A DNA stretch of 53,562 bases from Campylobacterota bacterium (GTDB lineage Bacteria; Campylobacterota; Campylobacteria; Campylobacterales; Sulfurovaceae), in assembly GCA_034659695.1 (NCBI GenBank), contig JAYEHY010000026.1:1-53562 (forward strand). Reading direction: 5' to 3'. Shown here piece after piece: positions 37,413-48,070 of the stretch. Numbering within the stretch: the stretch's first letter is position 1; every line of letters begins with the position of its first letter. A program made the translations under genes and the position numbers. The notes under the pieces were generated by a model that was not told the origin of the DNA, searched no databases, and saw nothing but the letters and a program-made list of their open reading frames with translations.

Positions 37413-38801
37413 TTATCTTATTGATTTTATCGCTTTCTCAATACGAGCAACCGTCTCATCTACACCCAGAATAGCCATAATCTCATCAAGCCCAGAACCA
37501 GTCATAGAACCTAACAAGCTTACACGAAGAGGCATACCTATTTTACCAAAGCCTATCTCTTTTGTCTCGACAAGTTTATCTATTACTTCATGATAATCAC
37601 AAGGAAGGTGCAGTGTTTTATCCCAGTTTTGCAACATCTTAGCAAAATCACCTAAGATAACTTTAGCTTCACCCTTAAAAGCTTTTTTCGAAGACTTTTC
37701 ATCGTATTCACTTGGAGTAGTAAGGATAAGATTAATTTGATCTGCTAACTCTACAAGGGTCTTACCTCTCTCTTTGGTTGCATCAAGAAGTAATTCTAAC
37801 TTATCATCTCTTTCTATGCAAACCCCATACTCTTTAAGTTGTATAGCCAATTTCTCATTTGGCATATTTTTAATGTAATGCGCATTAAGCCATAATAATT
37901 TATCAAGATTATAATTTGATGAAGATTTGTTAATATTTTTAGGGTCAAAGAGTTCTACCATCTCTTCGAGTGAGAAAATTTCCTGATCACCATGACTCCA
38001 ACCCAAACGCACAAGAAAATTCAGTAGTGCTTCTGGTAAGTAGCCCATAGTTTTATAGTCCATTACATCTGTAGCACCATCACGCTTAGAGAGTTTTTTA
38101 CCCTGTTCATTGTTTATCATAGCTACATGGTAAAAATTTGGAATCTTAAATCCAAGAGCATTATAGACTACGATCTGCTTAGGTGTATTATAAAGATGGT
38201 CATCTCCGCGTATTACCTCAGTAAGTCCCATAAGTGCATCATCTATGGCAACAACAAAGTTATAAGTAGGTGCACCATCTGCTCTTGCAATGACGAAGTC
38301 ATCTACTTCAGATGCTTCAATATTCATCGTACCTTTCACACCATCAACAAAAGAGATTGTTCCTTCTTGTGGTGCCTTGATACGAATTACAGGCTCAACA
38401 CCCTCAGGAGGTGTACCTGTGAAGTCTCTATAGCGTCCATCGTAACGTGTACGCTCTTTTTTAGCCATCTGCTCTTCACGTAAAGCAGTAAGTTCTTCTT
38501 TACTCATGTAACACTTATACGCCTTTCCCTCTTCTAGCAGTTGGTCAATATATTTTTTATAGAGATCAAAACGTTTAGACTGATAGACTACCTCACCATC
38601 ATGACTCATCCCTACCCATTCAAAAGCTTTAAGAATGGCATCTTTTGCCTCTTCTGAGTTACGTGCCATGTCTGTATCTTCAATACGTAAAAGAAACTCT
38701 CCTCTGTTGTGTTGTGCTGTAAGCCATGAAAAGAGTGCTGTTCTAAGCCCACCAATGTGTAGATACCCTGTAGGAGAAGGTGCAAAACGTGTAACTGTCA
38801 T
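37413..38801 (-). CDS. gltX: Glutamate--tRNA ligase
   Basis: RFAPSPTGYLHIGG, LRIEDTD, KKLSKRDG. Confidence 0.97.
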   Translation of the reverse strand: MTVTRFAPSPTGYLHIGGLRTALFSWLTAQHNRGEFLLRIEDTDMARNSEEAKDAILKAFEWVGMSHDGEVVYQSKRFDLYKKYIDQLLEEGKAYKCYMSKEELTALREEQMAKKERTRYDGRYRDFTGTPPEGVEPVIRIKAPQEGTISFVDGVKGTMNIEASEVDDFVIARADGAPTYNFVVAIDDALMGLTEVIRGDDHLYNTPKQIVVYNALGFKIPNFYHVAMINNEQGKKLSKRDGATDVMDYKTMGYLPEALLNFLVRLGWSHGDQEIFSLEEMVELFDPKNINKSSSNYNLDKLLWLNAHYIKNMPNEKLAIQLKEYGVCIERDDKLELLLDATKERGKTLVELADQINLILTTPSEYDEKSSKKAFKGEAKVILGDFAKMLQNWDKTLHLPCDYHEVIDKLVETKEIGFGKIGMPLRVSLLGSMTGSGLDEIMAILGVDETVARIEKAIKSIR

Positions 38802-38872
38802 AATAATACCTTGAAATAAATTAGTGAAATTGTATCGAAAATGTGGTTAAGAGAGATTGTATACGTTTTAAG

Positions 38873-38900
38873 AAAGTGAAAGAGAAGTCTCTTTCACTTT
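38873..38900. terminator. Intrinsic terminator-like hairpin after comEA
   Basis: AAAGTGAAAGAG-AAGT-CTCTTTCACTTT. Confidence 0.65.
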
Positions 38901-38906
38901 TATCTA

Positions 38907-39152
38907 CTACATCTTATGTTGTTCTATCTTTTCAGCCAAAGATGGACCCACACCCTTAACATTAACTACATCTTTAATCGTTTTAAACTTATTCGCTTTT
39001 CTGTACTCTATAATAGCATCAGCTTTTTTCTCACCTACGCCTTTTACTTCCATAAGTTCCGCCTTAGAAGCCTTATTGAGTTCACTAACACTCATAGCCA
39101 ATAGTGATGAAGTTGCTAAAACTAAGAATCCTGTAACTACTTTTTTAAACAT
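38907..39152 (-). CDS. comEA: ComEA-like helix-hairpin-helix DNA-binding protein
   Basis: Signal peptide; LNKASKAELMEVKGVGEKKADAIIEYR..VKGVG. Confidence 0.88.
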   Translation of the reverse strand: MFKKVVTGFLVLATSSLLAMSVSELNKASKAELMEVKGVGEKKADAIIEYRKANKFKTIKDVVNVKGVGPSLAEKIEQHKM

Positions 39153-39211
39153 ATTTTTTCCCTTTAGATAATTATTTAAGTTATGTTCATAATATAACCA
39201 AAATGATTATA

Positions 39212-40987
39212 TCAAATTTTTCTTTTAAATTCTGGTACAATCTTTTGAAGAGCCTTAACTTTATCAGAAGCTTGAAGTAACGCCTTAATATCTCTCTCTA
39301 AATGCACTATATTATATGCCGTAGTCTTTGTAATAAAAATCGAGCTATACTGCGTCTTCTCTTCACTCTCATCTAGTAGCAACTCTTCATAAAGCTTCTC
39401 TCCTGGACGCAAGCCTGAAAAAACAATTTCTATCTCCTCCTCTTTACCATAAAGGCGTATCATCTGCTTTGCTAAATCTGCTATCTTAATGGGTTCCCCC
39501 ATATCTAAAATAAAAAGCTCCCCTCCTTTTGCAATGGCTGCTGTTTGCAAAACCAGTTGGCACGCTTCAGGAATAAGCATAAAGTAACGGGTTATTTCAG
39601 GGTGTGTAACCGTAACTGGTCCCCCCTCTTCTATTTGCTGTTTAAATTTTGGAATAACCGAACCACTAGAGCCTAGTACATTTCCAAAACGCACAGCTAC
39701 TATCTCTGTATTCTTTGCCTCAACATTGTTAGCATAAAGTTCCGTTACTCTTTTGGTAGCACCCATAATATTAGTAGGGCGTACTGCTTTATCTGTAGAG
39801 ATAATGACTACCTTCTCTACTTCATTCTCAATACTTATATCAATAACATTTTTTGTACCTAGTACATTATTGAAAACTGCTGATTCTTGATTGTCTTCAC
39901 ATATAGGTACATGTTTATACGCTGCTGCATGGATGACTATCTGTGGCTTAAGCGTTTTAAAAATTTCACTTAAACTTTTTTTATCGGTAACTGATAAAAG
40001 TTTTAAGACGGCCATAGGTACCTTATCTCCTACTTGGTAAAGATTATACTCACTATGGTCTATAAGTGTTAATGAAGCAGCTCCAAACTCTTGACACTGC
40101 TTTGTAATCTCTGAACCAATACTCCCCCCAGCCCCAGTGATAAGAATAGATTTACCTTGGATAAAATCTGATATTACATCAGTATCTAGATCTTTTGGGT
40201 GGCGGGCTAGGAGGTCTTCAATAGATATATCTTCAAGTTTTTCACCATTATTACCTAAAAGTTTTACCTGTTTTATATCTGTAATACCTTTAAGGTTTAA
40301 CTGATTCACTACACTTTTCATCTCTTGAGGAGGTAGCGATTGTGTAATAATAGCTGAGGTAATCTCTTTATCTTCAATAACTTTATCTAACATCTCAATA
40401 GGATATACTTTTACATTATTGATATACCCATGTGTAGTATTTTCATCTTTATCTATGGCAATTATTCCTGAAGGATAATACGCTATATCACCACGTAATG
40501 CACTTTGTATCATTGTTGCTGTATTATTATTTACCCCAATTAATAGTGTAGATTTTACGGTTATAGGTTTTGTCCTTTCATTAAAAAAACGTTTACTTAC
40601 ACGCAATAAGCCAATAAATATAAGTGATAAAAAGAAGTCTATTACAATGACACTTCGTGGGAAAGGGGTAAAGTATTCTGAAAAAAGTAAATAGATACCA
40701 ATAAATAAACTATACGATACAACATGAGCAAAAACCGTATTCTTAGCATCATTAAAACCAAAAAATCTCCAAACAATAAAATAGTTTTTAAAGAAAAATA
40801 GAGAAGCCAATTTTACACCGGTTAATATAAAATAGACTAACCAAAATGATTGTATAAACTCAGCAGGTATCTGAAAATTAAATCGTAACAAATATGCCAA
40901 ATAAAGCGTGATAACAGAAAGAAAACTGTCAATAAAAATAAAGAAAATAAAACGTTTTATTGCTGTAGGTCGTAAAATATTTTTCAA
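39212..40987 (-). CDS. pglF: UDP-GlcNAc 4,6-dehydratase
   Basis: N-terminal TMs; ITGAGGSIGSE, HAAAYKHVP, STDKAVRP, VRFGNVLGSSGSV, GLRPGEKLYEEL. Confidence 0.93.
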   Translation of the reverse strand: MKNILRPTAIKRFIFFIFIDSFLSVITLYLAYLLRFNFQIPAEFIQSFWLVYFILTGVKLASLFFFKNYFIVWRFFGFNDAKNTVFAHVVSYSLFIGIYLLFSEYFTPFPRSVIVIDFFLSLIFIGLLRVSKRFFNERTKPITVKSTLLIGVNNNTATMIQSALRGDIAYYPSGIIAIDKDENTTHGYINNVKVYPIEMLDKVIEDKEITSAIITQSLPPQEMKSVVNQLNLKGITDIKQVKLLGNNGEKLEDISIEDLLARHPKDLDTDVISDFIQGKSILITGAGGSIGSEITKQCQEFGAASLTLIDHSEYNLYQVGDKVPMAVLKLLSVTDKKSLSEIFKTLKPQIVIHAAAYKHVPICEDNQESAVFNNVLGTKNVIDISIENEVEKVVIISTDKAVRPTNIMGATKRVTELYANNVEAKNTEIVAVRFGNVLGSSGSVIPKFKQQIEEGGPVTVTHPEITRYFMLIPEACQLVLQTAAIAKGGELFILDMGEPIKIADLAKQMIRLYGKEEEIEIVFSGLRPGEKLYEELLLDESEEKTQYSSIFITKTTAYNIVHLERDIKALLQASDKVKALQKIVPEFKRKI

Positions 40988-42084
40988 TTCAATACCCGTA
41001 TAATTTCTTCACATACATAAGAGACTTGTTCATCACTCATGCTACTTCCACTTGGCAAACAAAGCCCCTTTTCAAAAAGTTTTTGTGACGTACCATCTTG
41101 GGTTACCAATGCATCCAAAAAAAGCGGTTGCAGATGCATAGGCTTCCACAAGGAACGACTCTCAATATTGACTTTTTCTAGTGCTTCTATAACTTTTAAA
41201 GGATTACTTTTTTTTAAAATTAATGTAGTCAACCAACGATTTCCACAGCTATCTCGTATCTCTGGCATAAACTCTATTTCTGCTACTTTACAAAGGTTTT
41301 TTTGATAAAGCTGAAATATCTCTCGTCGCCTCTCTACACGTTTGCTTAACACTTCCATTTGAGCTACACCTATAGCAGCCAATACATTGGACATTCTATA
41401 GTTATAACCAAACTCCTTATGTTCATAATATGGGTAATCTTCTTTTGCTTGTGTTGAGAGAAATTTAGCTTTAGCTATCCACCCTTCATTTTCACTCACA
41501 AGCATACCTCCTCCTGAGGTAGTAAGTATCTTATTGCCATTAAAACTATAGACCGCCATATCTCCAAAAGTTCCGCTCTGGCTACCATGATAAGAAGCAC
41601 CTAAAGACTCTGCTGCATCTTCTATAAGATAAATACCATTTTCTTTACAAATGGCCACAATTTCATCTAGTTTACATACTTGTCCATAAAGATGTGTAAG
41701 TATTAATACTTTTGGCTTTTTAGGTGCTGTTTTGATAGCCTTATAGAGTAATTCAGGTGAGATATTCCAACTCTCATCGCTATCTACAAAAATAGGTTTT
41801 GCATTTTGATACAAAATAGCAGAAACTGAACCAATAAATGTAAAAGTTGAAGCTAAAACATAGTCCCCCTCACCTACCCCTAATACTCTCAATGCCAAAT
41901 GTAATCCAGCCGTAGCAGAAGATAAAGCTAGGGCATTTGAAGCTCCTGTATAGGTTTCTACACTCTCTTCAAAACGATTAACAAAAGTACCAACAGGAGC
42001 TATGTAGTTGCTTTCAAAAACTTCTGCAATATACGCTTGTTCTTTTCCACTCATATGAGGGGGTGAGAGAAAGATTCTATTCAT
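40984..42084 (-). CDS. pglE: UDP-4-keto-6-deoxy-GlcNAc aminotransferase (DegT family)
   Basis: FLSPPHM, IEDAAESLG, YSFNGNKILTTSGGG, GYNYRMSN. Confidence 0.93.
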   Translation of the reverse strand: MNRIFLSPPHMSGKEQAYIAEVFESNYIAPVGTFVNRFEESVETYTGASNALALSSATAGLHLALRVLGVGEGDYVLASTFTFIGSVSAILYQNAKPIFVDSDESWNISPELLYKAIKTAPKKPKVLILTHLYGQVCKLDEIVAICKENGIYLIEDAAESLGASYHGSQSGTFGDMAVYSFNGNKILTTSGGGMLVSENEGWIAKAKFLSTQAKEDYPYYEHKEFGYNYRMSNVLAAIGVAQMEVLSKRVERRREIFQLYQKNLCKVAEIEFMPEIRDSCGNRWLTTLILKKSNPLKVIEALEKVNIESRSLWKPMHLQPLFLDALVTQDGTSQKLFEKGLCLPSGSSMSDEQVSYVCEEIIRVLN

Positions 42085-42260
42085 ATTTTATCCTAATACA
42101 TTATATATTTTTGAAATATCAAATTTCAAATACAGCCCTTATTTATATTTTACCATACCACATACAATCTCTCTCAACAATACATTGAAGAGCTATATAT
42201 ATTTTACAAAAAACATAGGTTAAGACATACTTACTATGGATAGATAGCTAAAGCCTAACA

Positions 42261-44372
42261 TTACTTTTTCAGTTTATATATTTTACTATAAGGTGAACTC
42301 ACTACCAATTCAAAAAGATTTTTATCATATTTTTCAAGCATAAACATCTGAACGAATGTAGAGTTAAATGTTTCTGTATCCATCACAATAAACTGATTAT
42401 AGCTCTTCATATACACTATTGCATACTCGCCATCAGAGCTGTATCTTTGCGATTTGAGACTTATTTTGCCACTCTTTGTGTTTTGAGCCAAGATGAAGCT
42501 TCTTACGCTGGCTTTTTTCTGTCCTATTGTGACTTTGCCTTTTTTGGCATCAAATATAATGCCATTGGCTAGTATGATAGTCCCATCTTTGCTACTGCGT
42601 ACGCTACTCGGATAGAACTCCGCTTTTCTTTGAGCTTTTCCAGTCGTCAAATCTAGATTTCCAAACAGCATCACAGTAGGAAAGATTCTCAGCATTCTGT
42701 ATGGCAGATAGAGATATATGTCTCTTGTCTTCTTGGGTAGCTTATAGTTAGCATCATCCAGCTCCGACAGAAACAGATTTGGATCAAGCTGATCCTCTTG
42801 CTTGTTTTTAAACAATGTATTTGCAACCACTTTATAGTCAGAACTCACATAAGTCTCCACCGCCAAGCGACTTAAATTTGCAGCTAACTCTTGCGAAGAA
42901 GTTTGCATGATTTGAGAAACTATGAAGTTATCATTGTGGTGCTTACCTCCATCTATAAGTGTATTGGTATTACTGTAATACCAAATAGGATACCCATAAT
43001 CCCACCAAGCTATGGTATAGTCTTTCTCATCTGAAATTTCACTTAATTTCACAAGATCTTGCACTTCAGATTTATTAAGCACAGTAGGTACTTTATAGCC
43101 TATAATATGTGTGATATTTGGATAAATAATCATTGCCGTAGAAAACACTATAAAACTATACTTTAATTTTTTGTCTTTAAATAAATCACCTATAATAAAG
43201 AATAGATATATCGCAGACATAGCAGCTATAGGGACAGCATAAACAGTAAAACGAAGTCCACCAAAAAGAGCAAAAATCCCAATACCCACCAATGGTAAAC
43301 CCAAAATAAAGGATCTATGCTTAAGCACAAGAACAACATAACCAATAAGTGAGAGTAGTACACCTACTTGTGATCCACTAATACGATTAGCAAAGGTAGC
43401 AAAAGGAATTTGACCCGCTTCTCGTACAGTTTGGGCTACACCATAAAAGCGTAGTCCTTCTGCAGCAGTACCCGTTGCGAGATATCCCATGATCTTAGTA
43501 AATATTAATCCAAATACATTACCAAAAATAAAAAATAAAAAAAATAAAACACCTGACAATATCATCAGTTTTTTTTGTTCTATCGATATACTTTTCAACA
43601 CAATGTATAGGAGGATAAGCATAATCATTTTTATGACAAAATCATATGGAGCATTAAAAGGAAAAGGAAATAGAGATACAAAAATCAAAATCAATGAAGC
43701 ATAGGTTACGATATCGTTACGATGATAAAATATCATATATAAAGCGTAAATAATACCCATAGCATACACGATAGAGAGTCCTTGATCATATAAAAATGGA
43801 TAGATTGCAATCGCCAATGCTGCATATAATCCACTCTGTAAATTAGAATCCATAGTGCCTTTAATTAAGAAAAATAATATAAACATTGGAGCCATGGCTG
43901 AAAACATATCCGTATCATAGTAGCCCACCATAGTTCGATTATAATAAGACCATGCAATTGAACCTAAAAGAGCAGATAAAAAACCCCACATCGTTAAATT
44001 ATACAATCTTGCAATAAGAATAATAGGTATAACTACCATTGACGAAATAATAGCAGGTAAATAGAGCATGACGCTTTCTAAGGAAAAAGGTGTAAACTTT
44101 GCTAAGAACACAGTAATGGCAATTATCCCATGCTCCATCATCTCGGGTAAACGAGGATTATCTCCATGAAGTCCTTCCAAGATATGCTGTGCACCTGAAG
44201 CAAAAATATATCCATCATTGGTATTAATCATCAATTGGTTATTCCAGTAAAATGCCTCTGTATCTTGAAACTGCCATACCCATATCATACGTACCACAAA
44301 ACTAAATACATAGGCAAAAAGCATTAACCCTACCAACTGTATACTACTTACTTTAAATTTATCTTGACTCAT
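42261..44372 (-). CDS. pglB: STT3-family oligosaccharyltransferase
   Basis: INTNDGY, RTMVGYYDTDM, TVRE, GLRF, WWDYGY, DGGKH. Confidence 0.97.
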   Translation of the reverse strand: MSQDKFKVSSIQLVGLMLFAYVFSFVVRMIWVWQFQDTEAFYWNNQLMINTNDGYIFASGAQHILEGLHGDNPRLPEMMEHGIIAITVFLAKFTPFSLESVMLYLPAIISSMVVIPIILIARLYNLTMWGFLSALLGSIAWSYYNRTMVGYYDTDMFSAMAPMFILFFLIKGTMDSNLQSGLYAALAIAIYPFLYDQGLSIVYAMGIIYALYMIFYHRNDIVTYASLILIFVSLFPFPFNAPYDFVIKMIMLILLYIVLKSISIEQKKLMILSGVLFFLFFIFGNVFGLIFTKIMGYLATGTAAEGLRFYGVAQTVREAGQIPFATFANRISGSQVGVLLSLIGYVVLVLKHRSFILGLPLVGIGIFALFGGLRFTVYAVPIAAMSAIYLFFIIGDLFKDKKLKYSFIVFSTAMIIYPNITHIIGYKVPTVLNKSEVQDLVKLSEISDEKDYTIAWWDYGYPIWYYSNTNTLIDGGKHHNDNFIVSQIMQTSSQELAANLSRLAVETYVSSDYKVVANTLFKNKQEDQLDPNLFLSELDDANYKLPKKTRDIYLYLPYRMLRIFPTVMLFGNLDLTTGKAQRKAEFYPSSVRSSKDGTIILANGIIFDAKKGKVTIGQKKASVRSFILAQNTKSGKISLKSQRYSSDGEYAIVYMKSYNQFIVMDTETFNSTFVQMFMLEKYDKNLFELVVSSPYSKIYKLKK

Positions 44373-44474
44373 GAGAACCCTTTACTAGACTTAGTATGGA
44401 AATTATAGCTTAAACTCTTTATACTCCTATCAATCACTTCCATTTTCAATAAAGTCATCAAGTATAATTTCCTT

Positions 44475-44690
44475 TTACGGTACAAACAAATCTGCTTCAC
44501 CATCTATTACTATTTTATTTTTTACTTTACAGATTGTATCAAAAAAACACTCTTCTTTTTGATAAATCAATTTTTTTACAATTACTGTTACAATAACCAT
44601 ATCACCTAAATATACAGCTCTTTTAAATCGTAAAGATTGAGCTATAATGCTCCCTTTTTTTATATCTTGAGTCTTAGGCATATTCATCAT
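44475..44690 (-). pseudogene. MaoC-like dehydratase C-terminal fragment
   Basis: GSIIAQSLRFKRAVYLGD..TICKVKNKIVIDGEA; lacks the N-terminal DxNPxH catalytic half. Confidence 0.65.
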
Positions 44691-44704
44691 CTAAATGTAC
44701 AGGA

Positions 44705-45328
44705 TTATTGTTTCCTTAAAAATTTTATAATATCTTTTCTATTTTCTACCTCGTAGGTAGCATCACTTACATAATTATTATAAATACCAATTGGATTTTT
44801 ATATCTAATACTTTTCCACCCTAGACTATTTGGTGCTATAAAATCTTTTTTAGGGTTATCTGATATATAAATAAAATCTTTTTCATTTTTAAACTTTTGC
44901 ATTACCATTTCAAATGCTTTTAATTCTGGCTTCTTTGTATGATAAAAATCAGTAAAAACAGGGTAGTCTATATACTTATCTAAACCTAATGTTTTATATT
45001 TATTTTGTTGCATTAAGTAGAAACCATCGCTAATTAATGCCGTAGTATAGTTACTACTATATTCTAGTAGTTCTAAACTTTCTTTAGGTAAATGAATATT
45101 TGGTTTGTGAAATCTATATATCTCTACTAATTTTTGTATAGAAATATTTAGATTAAACTTATCTATTAAATTATTAAAAACTTTTCCGCTTCCATGTTCA
45201 ATAAAATCATCAAGCATAAAATCATAATAACTATCATTAACTAAATAGTTTGATATTTCTTTAAATCCACTTTTAACAAAATCTATTTCATCATAAAGTG
45301 TATCATCAAGATCAAATACTATTGTCAT
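44705..45328 (-). CDS. HAD family hydrolase (phosphatase)
   Basis: [25 protein letters not shown]. Confidence 0.92.
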   Translation of the reverse strand: MTIVFDLDDTLYDEIDFVKSGFKEISNYLVNDSYYDFMLDDFIEHGSGKVFNNLIDKFNLNISIQKLVEIYRFHKPNIHLPKESLELLEYSSNYTTALISDGFYLMQQNKYKTLGLDKYIDYPVFTDFYHTKKPELKAFEMVMQKFKNEKDFIYISDNPKKDFIAPNSLGWKSIRYKNPIGIYNNYVSDATYEVENRKDIIKFLRKQ

Positions 45329-46268
45329 TTATTATTACCTCTGCATCATATCTTAACATTATATTTCCATCTATCCAATTTTCATCATATTTCAAATCTA
45401 TTTCCAAATAATCTTTGATTAAATATTCTGCAAAATTTGCTCCACTTAGTGGGGATAATGGATATCCACCACCAAATCTAGGATTTATTTCAATAAAAAC
45501 TATTCTATCATCAGTTTTAAATAACTGTATAGTAATACATCCATAAGCACCTTTTAAAATTTTACATAAATCTTTAATAGCATTAATTATATCTTTATCT
45601 TTAACTGCTTTAGCTTTATTAACTTCACCTGCTCGTACTTCTAATCGTTGTCTTGGTACTACAGATATAACTTCACCATATTTATCTATAAATGTATCAA
45701 CTGTAAACTCATCACCTTGAATAAATTCTTGAAATACATAGTTTTTATCACAGCTTAACTTTTTTGCAATTTCAGGTGTATATACTATCTGAGCACCAAT
45801 TGAGCAAGACGAATTATTGAGTTTAGCAAAAATTGGATAATTACAATTTGCAATATCATTAATTTGTCTAGGTGTATCAATATTATTGCTAACAAAAAAA
45901 TCTTCTGTAGAGTCTTTTAAGTAAAATATATCACAAATCTCTTTTGATGATATTGCAATAAATATATTAGACTTTAAAAAATCTTCTTTAGCTTTGGCTA
46001 ATATATCAAGCTCAGTATCAATTGTTGGAATAACTATTGATATACTATTTTGAACACAATACTCTTTTAATATTTCTAAATATTTTTTATCAGTTACTCT
46101 AGGTACTTTTAAGTATCCATCAGACACCTGACAAGCACTACTTAAAAATGGATTCATATCAGTTGTAAATACTTTTCCATTTGGATTAAATTTTTTTAGT
46201 GTATCTTGAAAGTTTTTTACTAAACTTACTCTTCTACCTGCACTTGTAATTAATATATTATTTATCAT
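45312..46268 (-). CDS. ATP-grasp ligase (PglB2 C-terminal-like)
   Basis: [45 protein letters not shown]. Confidence 0.88.
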   Translation of the reverse strand: MINNILITSAGRRVSLVKNFQDTLKKFNPNGKVFTTDMNPFLSSACQVSDGYLKVPRVTDKKYLEILKEYCVQNSISIVIPTIDTELDILAKAKEDFLKSNIFIAISSKEICDIFYLKDSTEDFFVSNNIDTPRQINDIANCNYPIFAKLNNSSCSIGAQIVYTPEIAKKLSCDKNYVFQEFIQGDEFTVDTFIDKYGEVISVVPRQRLEVRAGEVNKAKAVKDKDIINAIKDLCKILKGAYGCITIQLFKTDDRIVFIEINPRFGGGYPLSPLSGANFAEYLIKDYLEIDLKYDENWIDGNIMLRYDAEVIINDNSI

Positions 46269-46863
46269 CTTCTTTTATCCCTTTAAAAACTTCCATTGTT
46301 GCTTGTCCATCTTGACTTATATCACTTCTTCTAACTACTTTTAAAAAAGTCATCCAAAGTATCTTTATATCTAACCAAAAAGATTGATTGTCCACATACC
46401 ATACATCATACTCAAACTTTTGTTCCCAAGATATAGCATTTCGACCATTTACTTGAGCCCAGCCTGTGATACCTGGCTTTACATCATGTCTTCTTTTTTG
46501 TTCATCATTATAAAGTTCAAGATACTCTATAAGTAAAGGACGAGGACCCACAAAACTCATCTCACCTTTTAGCACATTAAATATTTGAGGTAATTCATCC
46601 AAACTTAGACTTCGTATAGTTTTCCCCAATCCTTTTAGTCTTTGTTCATCTGGAAGTAATACACCATCTTTATCTTTATCATTTGTCATCGTTCTAAATT
46701 TATATATACCAAATATATTTTCATCTTTTCCAGGTCTTTTTTGTCTAAAAAATATTGGACTTCCCATCTTAGTTAAAATAAGAATAGATACTATTATATA
46801 AAATGGTGAAAATAATATTATTAATATTAGGGCTAATGTTATATCAAATAGTCTTTTAATCAT
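46258..46863 (-). CDS. pglC: Undecaprenyl-phosphate phosphoglycosyltransferase
   Basis: [37 protein letters not shown]. Confidence 0.92.
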   Translation of the reverse strand: MIKRLFDITLALILIILFSPFYIIVSILILTKMGSPIFFRQKRPGKDENIFGIYKFRTMTNDKDKDGVLLPDEQRLKGLGKTIRSLSLDELPQIFNVLKGEMSFVGPRPLLIEYLELYNDEQKRRHDVKPGITGWAQVNGRNAISWEQKFEYDVWYVDNQSFWLDIKILWMTFLKVVRRSDISQDGQATMEVFKGIKEDDK

Positions 46864-48070
46864 TTTTCTTTCCTATCTCTTCTTCTAATACCTTTTCAAA
46901 TTTATCTACTAGAATTTCAATAGAATAATTATCTTCTGCATACTTTCTTATTTTTTGTCCTAATTCATCTCTTTTTTCTTGAGGTAAATTATAAATTTCT
47001 AAAATTGTTTTTTCTAAGGTATCAACATCATCAGGAGCTATACTATACCCTGCATTTGCATCTTTTATTGGATTGTTTTTTGAATTACCTGCAAATATGA
47101 TAATTCTTCCACTTCCCATATAGTCAAATAGTTTATTTAAACTTATTCCAAATCTATATAATGGACTATCTTTTAAACTTAAATATACAACATCAAAACT
47201 ATTTAATATATCAGAAACTTTATTTTTAGGAACTAAACTATTTATCTTTACAATATTTTCTAAATTATAATTTTTAACATACTCAATATATTTTTGCCGC
47301 AAAGAACCTTCACCATAAATATGAAACTCTATGTTTTTATTGTCCTTAAACTTTTTTGTTGTTTCAAAAAAAGCATCCATACTATTAGATGCACCAAGAC
47401 TTCCCATGTATCCAACAATTAATTTTTCACTTTTTTCTTTTCGAATATATTTTATATTTGACAGATCTACACCATTTGATATCCATTCAAATTTTTCTTT
47501 TGATACAAAGTTTTCAATATGTTCATAAGCATAAGGAAGATTTGAGATTATTTTATCTGCTTTTTTATATAAATACTTTTCTAAAAACCCAAGTAAGATT
47601 ATAAATGGATGCCATCTTGATATGCCCATATCTATTAGAGTTTGTGGCCATATATCTCGTACTTCCATTATAAATGGTGTATTATATTTTTTTGAAAGTT
47701 TATAGGCACTATATACAGCAAAAAGATGCACAGAAGATCCTACGATGATATCAGGTTTTTTGAGATTTAACTTAGGTATATATCTTAAAACTTTTAAAGA
47801 ATATGAAAGCATATTTTTAACACGACTAAAGCCATTTCCAAAATAAGGTGGTGTTTTGATCCAAATAAAATCAATACCATCTATTTTTTCACACAAATAC
47901 TCTTTGTCTTTGTACTCTTTAATCTCTTTATACTTTGAGTAGTGAAAGCTAGAAGCTATGATAGTAACACTATGACCTCTTTTTACTAACTCTTTTCCAA
48001 AGTCATAGTGTCTAGTCCCTCCACTCATATCAGGAGTTAAGGCATGATGATTAAATATCCAAATGTTCAA
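46856..48070 (-). CDS. GT4 glycosyltransferase (WbuB-like)
   Basis: [31 protein letters not shown]. Confidence 0.9.
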   Translation of the reverse strand: MNIWIFNHHALTPDMSGGTRHYDFGKELVKRGHSVTIIASSFHYSKYKEIKEYKDKEYLCEKIDGIDFIWIKTPPYFGNGFSRVKNMLSYSLKVLRYIPKLNLKKPDIIVGSSVHLFAVYSAYKLSKKYNTPFIMEVRDIWPQTLIDMGISRWHPFIILLGFLEKYLYKKADKIISNLPYAYEHIENFVSKEKFEWISNGVDLSNIKYIRKEKSEKLIVGYMGSLGASNSMDAFFETTKKFKDNKNIEFHIYGEGSLRQKYIEYVKNYNLENIVKINSLVPKNKVSDILNSFDVVYLSLKDSPLYRFGISLNKLFDYMGSGRIIIFAGNSKNNPIKDANAGYSIAPDDVDTLEKTILEIYNLPQEKRDELGQKIRKYAEDNYSIEILVDKFEKVLEEEIGKKND

